Assembly: GCA_043812455.1 (NCBI GenBank)
Contig: JBDRMB010000029.1
Location: 8,303-72,302, forward strand
Direction: 5' to 3'
DNA length: 64,000 nucleotides
Source of the DNA: an archaeon
Lineage (GTDB): Archaea; Nanobdellota; Nanobdellia; Woesearchaeales; GW2011-AR9
Part shown: piece after piece, positions 8,591-16,775 of the stretch
How the letters are laid out: the number at the start of each line of letters is the position of its first letter
Numbering within the stretch: the stretch's first letter is position 1
Made by a program: the position numbers and the translations under genes
The notes under the pieces: model-generated
The model's database searches: none
What the model was told of the DNA's origin: nothing
Seen by the model: only the letters and a program-made list of their open reading frames with translations

Positions 8591-8662
8591 ATTAACACTT
8601 AGAAAAAGCGAGTCCGCGCTACTCTCTAAGCAAATCATAACCAAAGATATTTAAACATCTAA

Positions 8663-8690
8663 TTCTTCTCAAATATATTACACTTAAGAG
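8663..8690 (+). promoter_or_regulatory. archaeal-type TATA box (AAATATATTA) plus SD AGGTGA for gap
   Basis: The A/T box lies about 27 nt upstream of ATG 8691, and GGTGA lies 6-10 nt upstream. Read from the sequence only. Confidence 0.35.
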
Positions 8691-9695
8691 GTGATTCCTA
8701 TGATAAATGTTGCAATTAATGGCTTTGGAAGAATCGGCCGGAACATTTTCCGAGCTGCATATAAAGATAAAAAAATCAATTTTGTGGCAGTAAACGACCT
8801 TACTGATCCAAGCTGCTTAGCATACTTACTAAAATACGATTCTGCCCATGGCAGATTTCCAGAAAAAGTTACCAGCACTCAAAGTTCTCTTAAAATAGGT
8901 AACAAAACTTTGAAAGTCTTTGCACAAAAAGATCCTGAACAATTACCTTGGAAAGAATTAAAGATTGATGTTGTAATTGAAAGTACTGGATTTTTCTTGA
9001 CAAAAGAACTAGCAAGCAAACATCTTAAAGCCGGAGCAAAAAAAGTCTTATTATCAGCACCTGCAAAAGATGATGCCATCAAAACTTTTGTGTATGGAGT
9101 TAATCACAAAAAATATAACAAAAAAACTGACCATATTGTAAGTAACGCTTCCTGTACAACTAACTGCTTAGCACCAGTAGCAATGGTCCTTGACAAAAAG
9201 TTTGGTATCACATCCGGACTCCTAACGACAACTCACGCTTATACCTCAACACAACGGATAGTTGACGGTCCAGCAAAGAAATTTAGAAGAGGACGAGCGG
9301 CTGGAGTAAATATGGTACCTACCACAACCGGAGCAGCAATTGCAACTACCAAAGTTTTGCCAAACTTAATCGGAAAAATTGATGGCCGAGCAATCAGAGT
9401 ACCAATAGTTGACGGTTCGATTTCAGACTTTACTTGCCAATTGAAAAAATCTGTAACTACAGAACAAGTTAATCAGGCATTCAAAGATGCTGCGATGAAA
9501 GAACTGAAAGGTGTACTTGAATATACTGAAGAGGAACTAGTTTCAAGCGACATTCTCAGCAACCCTTATTCCGCAATCCTAGACAGCAAATTGACCAAAG
9601 TAATTAACAAGAACATGGTAAAAGTTTTTGCTTGGTATGATAATGAATGGGGTTATAGTAATAGAATGATTGACATGGTTAAGTGGATTGCTTGA
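8691..9695 (+). CDS. gap: glyceraldehyde-3-phosphate dehydrogenase, class I (bacterial/eukaryotic type)
   Basis: INGFGRIGRNIFRAA is an NAD-binding motif. The active-site signature is SNASCTTNCLAP. The C-terminus WYDNEWGYSNRM is typical of class I GAPDH. Confidence 0.9.
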   Translation: MIPMINVAINGFGRIGRNIFRAAYKDKKINFVAVNDLTDPSCLAYLLKYDSAHGRFPEKVTSTQSSLKIGNKTLKVFAQKDPEQLPWKELKIDVVIESTGFFLTKELASKHLKAGAKKVLLSAPAKDDAIKTFVYGVNHKKYNKKTDHIVSNASCTTNCLAPVAMVLDKKFGITSGLLTTTHAYTSTQRIVDGPAKKFRRGRAAGVNMVPTTTGAAIATTKVLPNLIGKIDGRAIRVPIVDGSISDFTCQLKKSVTTEQVNQAFKDAAMKELKGVLEYTEEELVSSDILSNPYSAILDSKLTKVINKNMVKVFAWYDNEWGYSNRMIDMVKWIA

Positions 9696-11582
9696 TCATT
9701 CAAAAAATATTCTTTTTATTCCTTTTAATTTTAATAACCTATTAACAAGAACTTCAATAAGTTCCATTTCTTTAGGTACAATTACAAAAGAACATTCAGA
9801 ATCTTGACCAAGAAGTTTAGCTTTCGCTTCCCGGACTTCAAACTTAGCATTGACAATGGTATGCAACAAGTCTGCTAATAATCCTGACCGGTTTCCTGCA
9901 ACTACATAAAATTTGAAATTTTTGCTAAGAGTATCTTTCCAACTTACTTTGACCCATCGTTCTTCCTCTTTTTCAATTTGCTCACACTCTTTTTTATGTA
10001 CAGAAATCAATCTTCTTTTAGTAACCAAACCTACAATTTCATCACAAGGAACAGGATAACAACATCTCGCTAGAACACAAGAGGCCTGCTTAAATTCGGG
10101 GGAATATACCAAAGTTTCGTACTCTTCCATAACTTGTGGTTTTAAGATCCGATAATGTAATGCTGGTAATTTTTGATATTTCTTCACACCTTTCCTGATT
10201 TTTTGTTTAGCTCTAGATGAGATCACAAATTTAAGCCAGTTACGTCTTGGCAACTGTTTCTTAGAAGTTAAGACTTCAATAACATCCCCTTTTTTTAATT
10301 GAGTACGTAACGGAACAAACTTACCATTTACATTAGCTCCGACAGTACGATTACCTACTTCTTCATGTACAATGTACGCAAAATCTAATACCGTTGCTCC
10401 CAACGGCAAGTATTTAACGTCACCTTTAGGGGTATAACAATAAATCTGATCATTGAAAACGTCAATCTTAACATTTTCCAGAAATTCCCTTGCACTGGCA
10501 TCTTTTTGAAGGCTGAGGATATCCTTCATCCACTCCATTCGTTTCTCAAAATCAAAATCAGATTTCAGACCTTTATATCTCCAGTGTGCAGCCAAACCTT
10601 CTTCTGCAATATCATCCATTTCTTTAGTTCTGATCTGTACTTCTAAGAACTTGTTACCTTTCCATTTCAGTGCAGTATGGATTGACTGATAACCGTTAGG
10701 TTTTGGATGAGAGATGTAATCTTTTAATCTTCCTTCAATCGGTTCAAAATTTTCGTGCAGAAAACCAAGTACTGCATAACAATCATTTATTGTTTTTACA
10801 ACTACTCTTATCCCTAAAAAATCATAAATGTCCTGTAACCGTTTTCCTTTCTTGACAACTTTTTTGTAAATACTGTAAATATGTTTAGACCTTCCTTTGA
10901 CGTCAATAAATTCAACATTTTTCAAGGATTTAATCTTATCAATAGCTTCATTAACATCATCATCTCGTTCTTCTCGTGAAGTTTCTAAAAAATCAGCAAT
11001 CTCTTGAAATTTTTTTCGATTGATTGCTTTGAAAGCCAGATCTTCCAGCTCAGTCCTGATTCTTTCCATCCCTAGACGATAAGCTAACGGAGCATAAATG
11101 TCAAGAACTTCTTGAGAAATTCTGATTTGTTCATCTTTAGGTAAGGCATCAATATCTCTTTGATTATCTAACTTATCAGCAAGTTTAATGAAAATAACTC
11201 GGACATCGTTCACTGTTGCCAAAAGCACTTTTCTAATCGTTTCTGCAGTAAGTTTAATGTTTCTTTTCCTGATGGTAGTTATTTCATCCACACCTTTAAC
11301 TAAAGAAAGAACATCCTGACCAAACTTTTCTTTAATTTCCTGATCGGTTTTATACTTACTTGTCCCATGTATGATTGCTGCCAAGATAAGTTCAGGAGCA
11401 GCACCATTTTCTGCTAATATTTTCGCTACGCGCAAACTATGATCAAAATAATCATCTCCAGCCAATCTTTTTTTATCGCTTAAGATTTCTCTAGCAAAAA
11501 TAATTCCTTCTTCAAACTTAGTGATATCTTTATCGGAATAATCTTTTGTGTCCAGAAATCGAAAGAATGATTGAATATCCAT
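9696..11582 (-). CDS. bifunctional (p)ppGpp synthetase/hydrolase, RelA/SpoT homologue
   Basis: 628 aa. The HD hydrolase region is HSLRVAKILA. The synthetase motifs are DFLGIRVVVKTINDCYAVLGFLH and DYISHPKPNGYQSIHTAL. A TGS-like region (VYSPKGDVKYLPLGATVLDFAY) follows. Confidence 0.85.
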   Translation of the reverse strand: MDIQSFFRFLDTKDYSDKDITKFEEGIIFAREILSDKKRLAGDDYFDHSLRVAKILAENGAAPELILAAIIHGTSKYKTDQEIKEKFGQDVLSLVKGVDEITTIRKRNIKLTAETIRKVLLATVNDVRVIFIKLADKLDNQRDIDALPKDEQIRISQEVLDIYAPLAYRLGMERIRTELEDLAFKAINRKKFQEIADFLETSREERDDDVNEAIDKIKSLKNVEFIDVKGRSKHIYSIYKKVVKKGKRLQDIYDFLGIRVVVKTINDCYAVLGFLHENFEPIEGRLKDYISHPKPNGYQSIHTALKWKGNKFLEVQIRTKEMDDIAEEGLAAHWRYKGLKSDFDFEKRMEWMKDILSLQKDASAREFLENVKIDVFNDQIYCYTPKGDVKYLPLGATVLDFAYIVHEEVGNRTVGANVNGKFVPLRTQLKKGDVIEVLTSKKQLPRRNWLKFVISSRAKQKIRKGVKKYQKLPALHYRILKPQVMEEYETLVYSPEFKQASCVLARCCYPVPCDEIVGLVTKRRLISVHKKECEQIEKEEERWVKVSWKDTLSKNFKFYVVAGNRSGLLADLLHTIVNAKFEVREAKAKLLGQDSECSFVIVPKEMELIEVLVNRLLKLKGIKRIFFE

Positions 11583-11631
11583 AACAAGAGTTATTGGCTT
11601 AGATAATAAAAAACTTTCTCAAAGTGTGGGT

Positions 11632-11785
11632 GTGTTCCAAGAGTCCACCAGCATCAGTCAAAATGCCTTCCAATTAAACATTAAGTGCGTCGCGAGGGGA
11701 TGCTCCCTACGGGAACGCAGCACAAACAACTTAAGAAGTAAGCATTTTGAAGCTGGTGGTCGAGCGCCAGCGAGATTTGGAACAC
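11632..11785. ncRNA. candidate structured RNA containing GC-rich element copy b; long-range helices GUGUUCCAA/UUGGAACAC and CCACCAGC/GCUGGUGG enclose the core GUGCGUCGCGAGGGGAUGCUCCCUACGGGAACGCAGCAC
   Basis: A perfect 9-bp complement pairs 11632-11640 with 11777-11785. A perfect 8-bp complement pairs 11645-11652 with 11752-11759. The GC-rich hairpin core lies at 11686-11723, in a divergent intergenic region. Strand and identity are unknown. Confidence 0.35.
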
Positions 11786-11880
11786 ATCCGTTAAGTGCGA
11801 AAGTTTTAAATACAATTTACCTAAAGAACTACTTCAAAGTGGGAACTTATAAGTTAAAATTAAGAAATCAGCAAGAAGGT

Positions 11881-12522
11881 ATGTTCAAAGCAGTAATTAA
11901 ATCTATTATTGATGATGTCACTCACAATTATGTTAGAGGAATGCCTTTAGAGTTACTTCCAGAAGGAAGGCTAACTTACGTACCCCAATCTCCAGCGATG
12001 ATAGAAATTACCGGTGCTGAAAGTTCAGGAACATTATCTTTAAACGTAACTCATCGGAATTATCATAATGCCTATGAAGAATTAAGATGGGTAAAAGATC
12101 TTGTCATTGATGACATTGTAACTTTGTTTGAAAAGATAGAAGAGTTTGATGGTGCTTTAGATTACTTAAATCGTAAACCAGATAATTCAAAAACTTTTGG
12201 TTATGAATTTGATCTTAATAGTTGTCAACTAAGAAGTGCAGCAGAATATTTTGGCGAATTTGACCAACCAGGTTGGCGATGGTCAGAAAATAGAAGATAT
12301 CTCATTGAAGGTGAAAAGTTAGCTGGTCAAATGTCTTTGATCAGACCAGCTTACAAATATTTAGCTATAGTTTTAAGTGAATTAGAATCCCAATTTCGTC
12401 ATCACCAAACAACTACCAGTGATCAAAGAAAAATTGAACCATTCCTAAAGGTTTTACAAAGAATAAAAGATCCAAGAAACAAAGCTAAAACAATCAAAAA
12501 CCTTAGCAGAAGATTAAGTTAA
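11881..12522 (+). CDS. hypothetical protein (start trimmed from ORF-track 11626 to Met at 11881)
   Basis: Upstream of 11881 the ORF-track protein is Arg/Ser-rich and simply reads through the GC-rich structured element. From MFKAVIKSIID onward the composition is ordinary. No known motifs. Confidence 0.4.
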   Translation: MFKAVIKSIIDDVTHNYVRGMPLELLPEGRLTYVPQSPAMIEITGAESSGTLSLNVTHRNYHNAYEELRWVKDLVIDDIVTLFEKIEEFDGALDYLNRKPDNSKTFGYEFDLNSCQLRSAAEYFGEFDQPGWRWSENRRYLIEGEKLAGQMSLIRPAYKYLAIVLSELESQFRHHQTTTSDQRKIEPFLKVLQRIKDPRNKAKTIKNLSRRLS

Positions 12523-12524
12523 AA

Positions 12525-13556
12525 ATGAGACCAATAATTTCCAGATATCTTTCAAGTATTGCATTTATGGCTGCTTTAGCTCTAAGTCCAGGTTGTAATA
12601 AAGGTCCAGACTTTGAAACCAAACCAATAGAAATTATTGCAGATGCTGAAGAACAATTAGAAGATCTTTTACCAACAGAATGCCAAGGACGAACAACTGA
12701 ATACTTGCTTACTGAACAGGTTCTTCTTACTTTAAGAAAAAGTCCAAGAATAAGTGCAACCAAAGTTGGAGATGTTGAAAGATTTGATACATTAGAATTA
12801 TGTTCCAATGAGGAAAAGGAAGGTTGGCACGTCATCAGGAAAAATGGTACTGAAGGTTGGGCAGAGTTTGCTTTAGATGATATAGTCTTAAGTGAATGTC
12901 AAGGCCAAGATATATACATTGTTTCAAACAGTGCAAGAAATGGAATCACAATTTACGATAAAGCATATGGTAGTAAAGTATTAACCTATTTTAATCCTAG
13001 AGAAGTTTTCACTGCATGTGATAATATCACAGGTGGCGGAAGAAGAATGATAAAATTAAAAAGTGGGTCTATAGCATGGGCAAATATTGAACCAGGTTCA
13101 ATAATTGAGAAAGGTAAATTTGATAGAAGAATAGCTAATAACGTACTGATACCAAATCATGTTCGATTATATGAAAATAGTGAATCAAAAATCAGAACAT
13201 TCAAATTCTGCCAAACGAACAATATTGAGTGTGGTTATGATGACGGGTTTAATGTTGGAGATACTGTTTATTTTCAATTTAATTTTTTAGCTGATACTCC
13301 AGGAAGAAGAGTAGACTTAACTAAAAATTATAGAGTAATTAATCCTGAAGGAGAAATTATACGCGATTTTTCATCACAAGGTAAAATATATCAATTTCTT
13401 AGCCAGGATGATAATCATGGTTTTTCTAATATTCTAGTTGGTGGTAATAATTTTACATTAAGTTCTGACAGTATCCCGGGAACATATTTTTTAGTGGTTA
13501 CAATTAAAGATCACAATAATAAATATTATTTTCAAGAAGCTTTTGTTGTAAAATAA
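12525..13556 (+). CDS. secreted lipoprotein (lipobox ALALSPGC), member of a three-copy family with a C-terminal beta-sandwich-like module
   Basis: The N-terminus is MRPIISRYLSSIAFMAALALSPGCNK. It is a paralogue of the 50912..52351 protein (IEIIADAEEQLEDLLPTECQG versus IEIIEDAEKQLEEVRPLDCSN). The C-terminal module FKFC..C..GD.V.F.F...NYR.I.P.GE....PGTY.L.V also occurs in 18079..18651. Confidence 0.55.
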   Translation: MRPIISRYLSSIAFMAALALSPGCNKGPDFETKPIEIIADAEEQLEDLLPTECQGRTTEYLLTEQVLLTLRKSPRISATKVGDVERFDTLELCSNEEKEGWHVIRKNGTEGWAEFALDDIVLSECQGQDIYIVSNSARNGITIYDKAYGSKVLTYFNPREVFTACDNITGGGRRMIKLKSGSIAWANIEPGSIIEKGKFDRRIANNVLIPNHVRLYENSESKIRTFKFCQTNNIECGYDDGFNVGDTVYFQFNFLADTPGRRVDLTKNYRVINPEGEIIRDFSSQGKIYQFLSQDDNHGFSNILVGGNNFTLSSDSIPGTYFLVVTIKDHNNKYYFQEAFVVK

Positions 13557-13557
13557 T

Positions 13558-14949
13558 CTATTCATAATATTCACTTTTCTTGATTACCCAATTAACATAT
13601 TCTGCTTTGATAACTTTACCATCATTATTAACATCAAGATCACTATTCTTGCTATAAGCATCAGAACCTCGAGAAAATAAAACATAATCATCATTTTCTC
13701 CAACAGCATTTGGCCAGATTACTGCCATAGCAACATCACCTAAATCCTGCCCATCAAAGTTTGGATGGTGTTCTTTGATATCAACATAATATTTTTTAAC
13801 ATATTCTAACTGTTGAATTGCTGTCATACCTGATAAGATGCTAGTCGTTGTATCTAGGCCTTTAGCTGTACTTTCAACAAACTGAATTAAACCAACAGCA
13901 CTACTTCCGGGATTTTTTGCTGTCGGACTGAAAGTTCCTCCTGTTTCAAATTTCATTACTGCCAATAAATGTACAGGATTAATGTCAAGCTCTCCACAGA
14001 TTTCATTCAATTTGTCAATAAACCCAAGTTGATTATCAGTTAGATTATTCATATCTTCTTCCAATGTTCCGGAGTATACATTAACTTCAGAACTTAACAC
14101 TACAACATCTTCTGTTTTGCCAGTATAAATATTTTCAAAAGATTTCCAAGTAGATCTTACTGGATCCCAAACGGTATCTTCAGTCCCAATTATATTTGCT
14201 ACAGAAAGCCAGACCCTATCAAGTTCTTGACAAGTTTCCTGATTTTTACAATTTTCCTGTCCGGCAGATATTGTTGCACCAGCGATTTTGTTAACATCCC
14301 TATCAGCAGCAGTATTCCCACTTCTCTGCACTGAAGATTCTAACTTATCTCCAGTAGTGGTTTCTGGTGTTTCACTTGAAGTTATTTGTTCAGTTTCAGT
14401 ATAACCAAGACAAGGTGTTTCAGTTAAACTAAATGGATGGTACCCTTCTCCAACATAAAACTCATAGTCAGGAACTTCATAAACTGCAAATACCTTACTC
14501 TTATAGGTATTTTCTGTTTGTGCCGCAGGTTCAGATTCTACAAAACCTTCATTAAGATAAGAAAAATCAGCAATAAAACCGGTATTACCTAATTCTAAAC
14601 ATATTTCTGCTAACTGTTCTGTTGAAAATTCAGAATCCATTGGATAAATTATAGTATTATCAAGAAACTCACTACAATCATAATAGTTCCCATAAAGATA
14701 ATATTTGCCTACTTCTTGGCCTGCAACTTCTAAAAGTACATAATTATAATACCAACCAGAGCCATCTTCTTCATTAATTACCATTAAATATTTGCCATTT
14801 TCTACATGTTTAAAACAACCATTATCAGCCACACCATTCAGATCGTCATCAGTATAAAGAGTATCACTATAACTCAGAACCAGCATCGGAATAACTAGTA
14901 AAGAAAAAAGAACCATGGCCGACTTTCTGTTAATTTTGTTAAATTTCAT
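13558..14949 (-). CDS. secreted protein with C-terminal lytic-transglycosylase (SLT/GH23-like) domain
   Basis: There is an N-terminal signal or TM segment (AMVLFSLLVIPMLVLSYS). The C-terminal LAVMKFETGGTFSPTAKNPGSSAVGLIQFVESTA matches the SLT pattern E-[ST]..F.....N..G.AxGLMQ...T. It shares a CKxQ(E/D)TC(Q/E)ELD(R/K)VW module with the neighbouring gene. Confidence 0.6.
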   Translation of the reverse strand: MKFNKINRKSAMVLFSLLVIPMLVLSYSDTLYTDDDLNGVADNGCFKHVENGKYLMVINEEDGSGWYYNYVLLEVAGQEVGKYYLYGNYYDCSEFLDNTIIYPMDSEFSTEQLAEICLELGNTGFIADFSYLNEGFVESEPAAQTENTYKSKVFAVYEVPDYEFYVGEGYHPFSLTETPCLGYTETEQITSSETPETTTGDKLESSVQRSGNTAADRDVNKIAGATISAGQENCKNQETCQELDRVWLSVANIIGTEDTVWDPVRSTWKSFENIYTGKTEDVVVLSSEVNVYSGTLEEDMNNLTDNQLGFIDKLNEICGELDINPVHLLAVMKFETGGTFSPTAKNPGSSAVGLIQFVESTAKGLDTTTSILSGMTAIQQLEYVKKYYVDIKEHHPNFDGQDLGDVAMAVIWPNAVGENDDYVLFSRGSDAYSKNSDLDVNNDGKVIKAEYVNWVIKKSEYYE

Positions 14950-14951
14950 TT

Positions 14952-16775
14952 TTAATTTATACCCTTAACAACATCGCAATATCCTTCCCGACTGGTGTAC
15001 CTTGAATATTCATAAGGATTATCCGAGATTTCACAATTATCCTTAAACTCAAACCAACTGGTAGAACCATATTCAAAATGCCAGGTTTCTCCAGTATATC
15101 TCACCCAACCTTTACTGTACATGAAATTGTATAATTCTTCCCGTGGCAACTGCTTGCCACTTGAATCTCTTAACTGGATATCTACTGCAGACCCACTTAA
15201 ATGAGGGCAACTAGTGTAAGGGTCTGAACCAGTTGGATCACAAACTAAATCGGAATTGTGATACTGGTTCGAGTCGGAACAACCTTCCCAGAAATAATAT
15301 TGACCATACAAATTTCTATAAGCATAAGACACATAAATATTTTTCCCTTGAGTAGCAACCTCTTTGCCAACCGCTTCTAAAGCTGACCTCAAGTCAGATG
15401 TCCCATAACATGCCACTCCGCTTCCGCAAGTAATTCCATCTAACCCTTCAAGACTAACAAATCTTCTTTCAACAGCTTCTTGAGTTTCGTACGCTCGTCC
15501 TGCTCTTAAATAATCACAATCAAGACTTTCAGGAACAGCACTTAAATCAAAAGATGTGGGTGGTGAAGGTCCAGTAACACTCGAAGTGGTTGGACTGTAC
15601 TCAATTTGCCCATACAATTCATCCCAAGTTTTCCAAGCACCGCCCTCTGGTCCGAAACCCCAATACTTTTCACTGTTACTAGAAGATATTGCACCAGAGA
15701 TTAAACCCCACACTTTATCAAGTTCTTCACAAGTATCTTGATATTTGCAAGATTGAGCATAAACTTGTATTACTGCACCTGAACCTCGGTTAGTTACATA
15801 AGTCCCCACAACATTACCAGACTGCCATGATATTGACATTGTACCAATATCTTCATGATACATGTCCAGTGGCAGATAATTAATATTTGGATCAAAACTC
15901 TGTGCTACTGCAGGATCAAAATCAGTTATCCCTAATTCATTTTCAATAAAACTTTTAGTATTATCATAAGGATCAGGCATATATCCAAATCTAACCGGAT
16001 AACTTATCAAAAGATTTAATTCAACATTAGGATTATCTTTCACGTAACTGTTCCAAACAGATTCAGTTTGACTACCATAATCTGCATCTGAAAAAACCAC
16101 TCGGTCAACACCAATCTCAGCCATATCCCCATAAGATGCTGCTCTTCTTAACGCTGAACCACCAGCACTATGACCAATCATTGAAATTCTTCCAGAAGGA
16201 ATTTGTTGAACTCCTGATAATTGCCCAATTATTCCAATCACTTCATCATTTAGTTTACCTAAATCAGAATCTTGGCTGTTCCATACCAATGCATACTGTG
16301 AATCTACATGTCTTACTCCCCCTTCATCACCAGCAGACCATGGCAGTTCAGGGAAAATTATTACAAAATTTCTATTATCATCAATCATCTGTTTAATTTG
16401 TGGGGCTAACCGTTTATTGAAATCGTCATATTGATTAGTTCCGTCAGCATAATAAAACCCTTCAATACCATGAAAAAAATAAATTTTTTCAACACTTTTA
16501 GTGAAGTCAATATTGCTAGGAACAAAAATTATTGTCAATCTTCCAGCAGTACTTAACAGATAATTTTCATTAGCACCATTATTAGAAGAAACTCCGATCC
16601 AAGTCTTTCCGCAAACACTATCATCAGTTAAAGCCTTTTCCCATTCAGACAGATAAGTGTTCAAACGAGAATTGCTAGTTCCAGTCTCAGATTCTAAGCA
16701 ACCAGCACTAATAACACTACTACTTAACATAACCAAAAAAACAACTACAATCAAAACCAACAAAACTTTCCTCAT
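14952..16775 (-). CDS. secreted two-domain hydrolase: alpha/beta-hydrolase (GHSAG nucleophile elbow) plus C-terminal peptidase M15 (VanY / L-Ala-D-Glu peptidase-like)
   Basis: The signal peptide is [25 protein letters not shown]. The lipase/esterase elbow is [14 protein letters not shown]. The M15 zinc motifs are [12 protein letters not shown] (SxHxxGxAxD) and ETWHFEY (E.WH). Confidence 0.65.
   Translation of the reverse strand: MRKVLLVLIVVVFLVMLSSSVISAGCLESETGTSNSRLNTYLSEWEKALTDDSVCGKTWIGVSSNNGANENYLLSTAGRLTIIFVPSNIDFTKSVEKIYFFHGIEGFYYADGTNQYDDFNKRLAPQIKQMIDDNRNFVIIFPELPWSAGDEGGVRHVDSQYALVWNSQDSDLGKLNDEVIGIIGQLSGVQQIPSGRISMIGHSAGGSALRRAASYGDMAEIGVDRVVFSDADYGSQTESVWNSYVKDNPNVELNLLISYPVRFGYMPDPYDNTKSFIENELGITDFDPAVAQSFDPNINYLPLDMYHEDIGTMSISWQSGNVVGTYVTNRGSGAVIQVYAQSCKYQDTCEELDKVWGLISGAISSSNSEKYWGFGPEGGAWKTWDELYGQIEYSPTTSSVTGPSPPTSFDLSAVPESLDCDYLRAGRAYETQEAVERRFVSLEGLDGITCGSGVACYGTSDLRSALEAVGKEVATQGKNIYVSYAYRNLYGQYYFWEGCSDSNQYHNSDLVCDPTGSDPYTSCPHLSGSAVDIQLRDSSGKQLPREELYNFMYSKGWVRYTGETWHFEYGSTSWFEFKDNCEISDNPYEYSRYTSREGYCDVVKGIN

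Noticed and set aside
8418-8654. 78-aa Arg-rich ORF from the six-frame track
   Set aside because: It overlaps the 3' end of mdh in another frame and then reads through the GC-rich element. The basic composition is a by-product of GC-rich DNA, and there is no independent start context.
11686-11723. Resemblance of the GC-rich core (CCCUACGGGAACGCAGCA) to the universal 16S rRNA region around E. coli positions 340-357 (CCUACGGGAGGCAGCAG)
   Set aside because: The match is about 17 nt and of low complexity (a GC hairpin with a UACG-type loop). No flanking rRNA sequence is present, so it is more parsimonious as convergent hairpin composition than as an rRNA fragment.
11626-11880. N-terminal 85 residues of the ORF-track protein 11626..12522
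   Set aside because: This part is simply the translation of the GC-rich structured element (Arg/Ser/Gly-rich with no plausible fold). A normal Met start with ordinary composition occurs at 11881.
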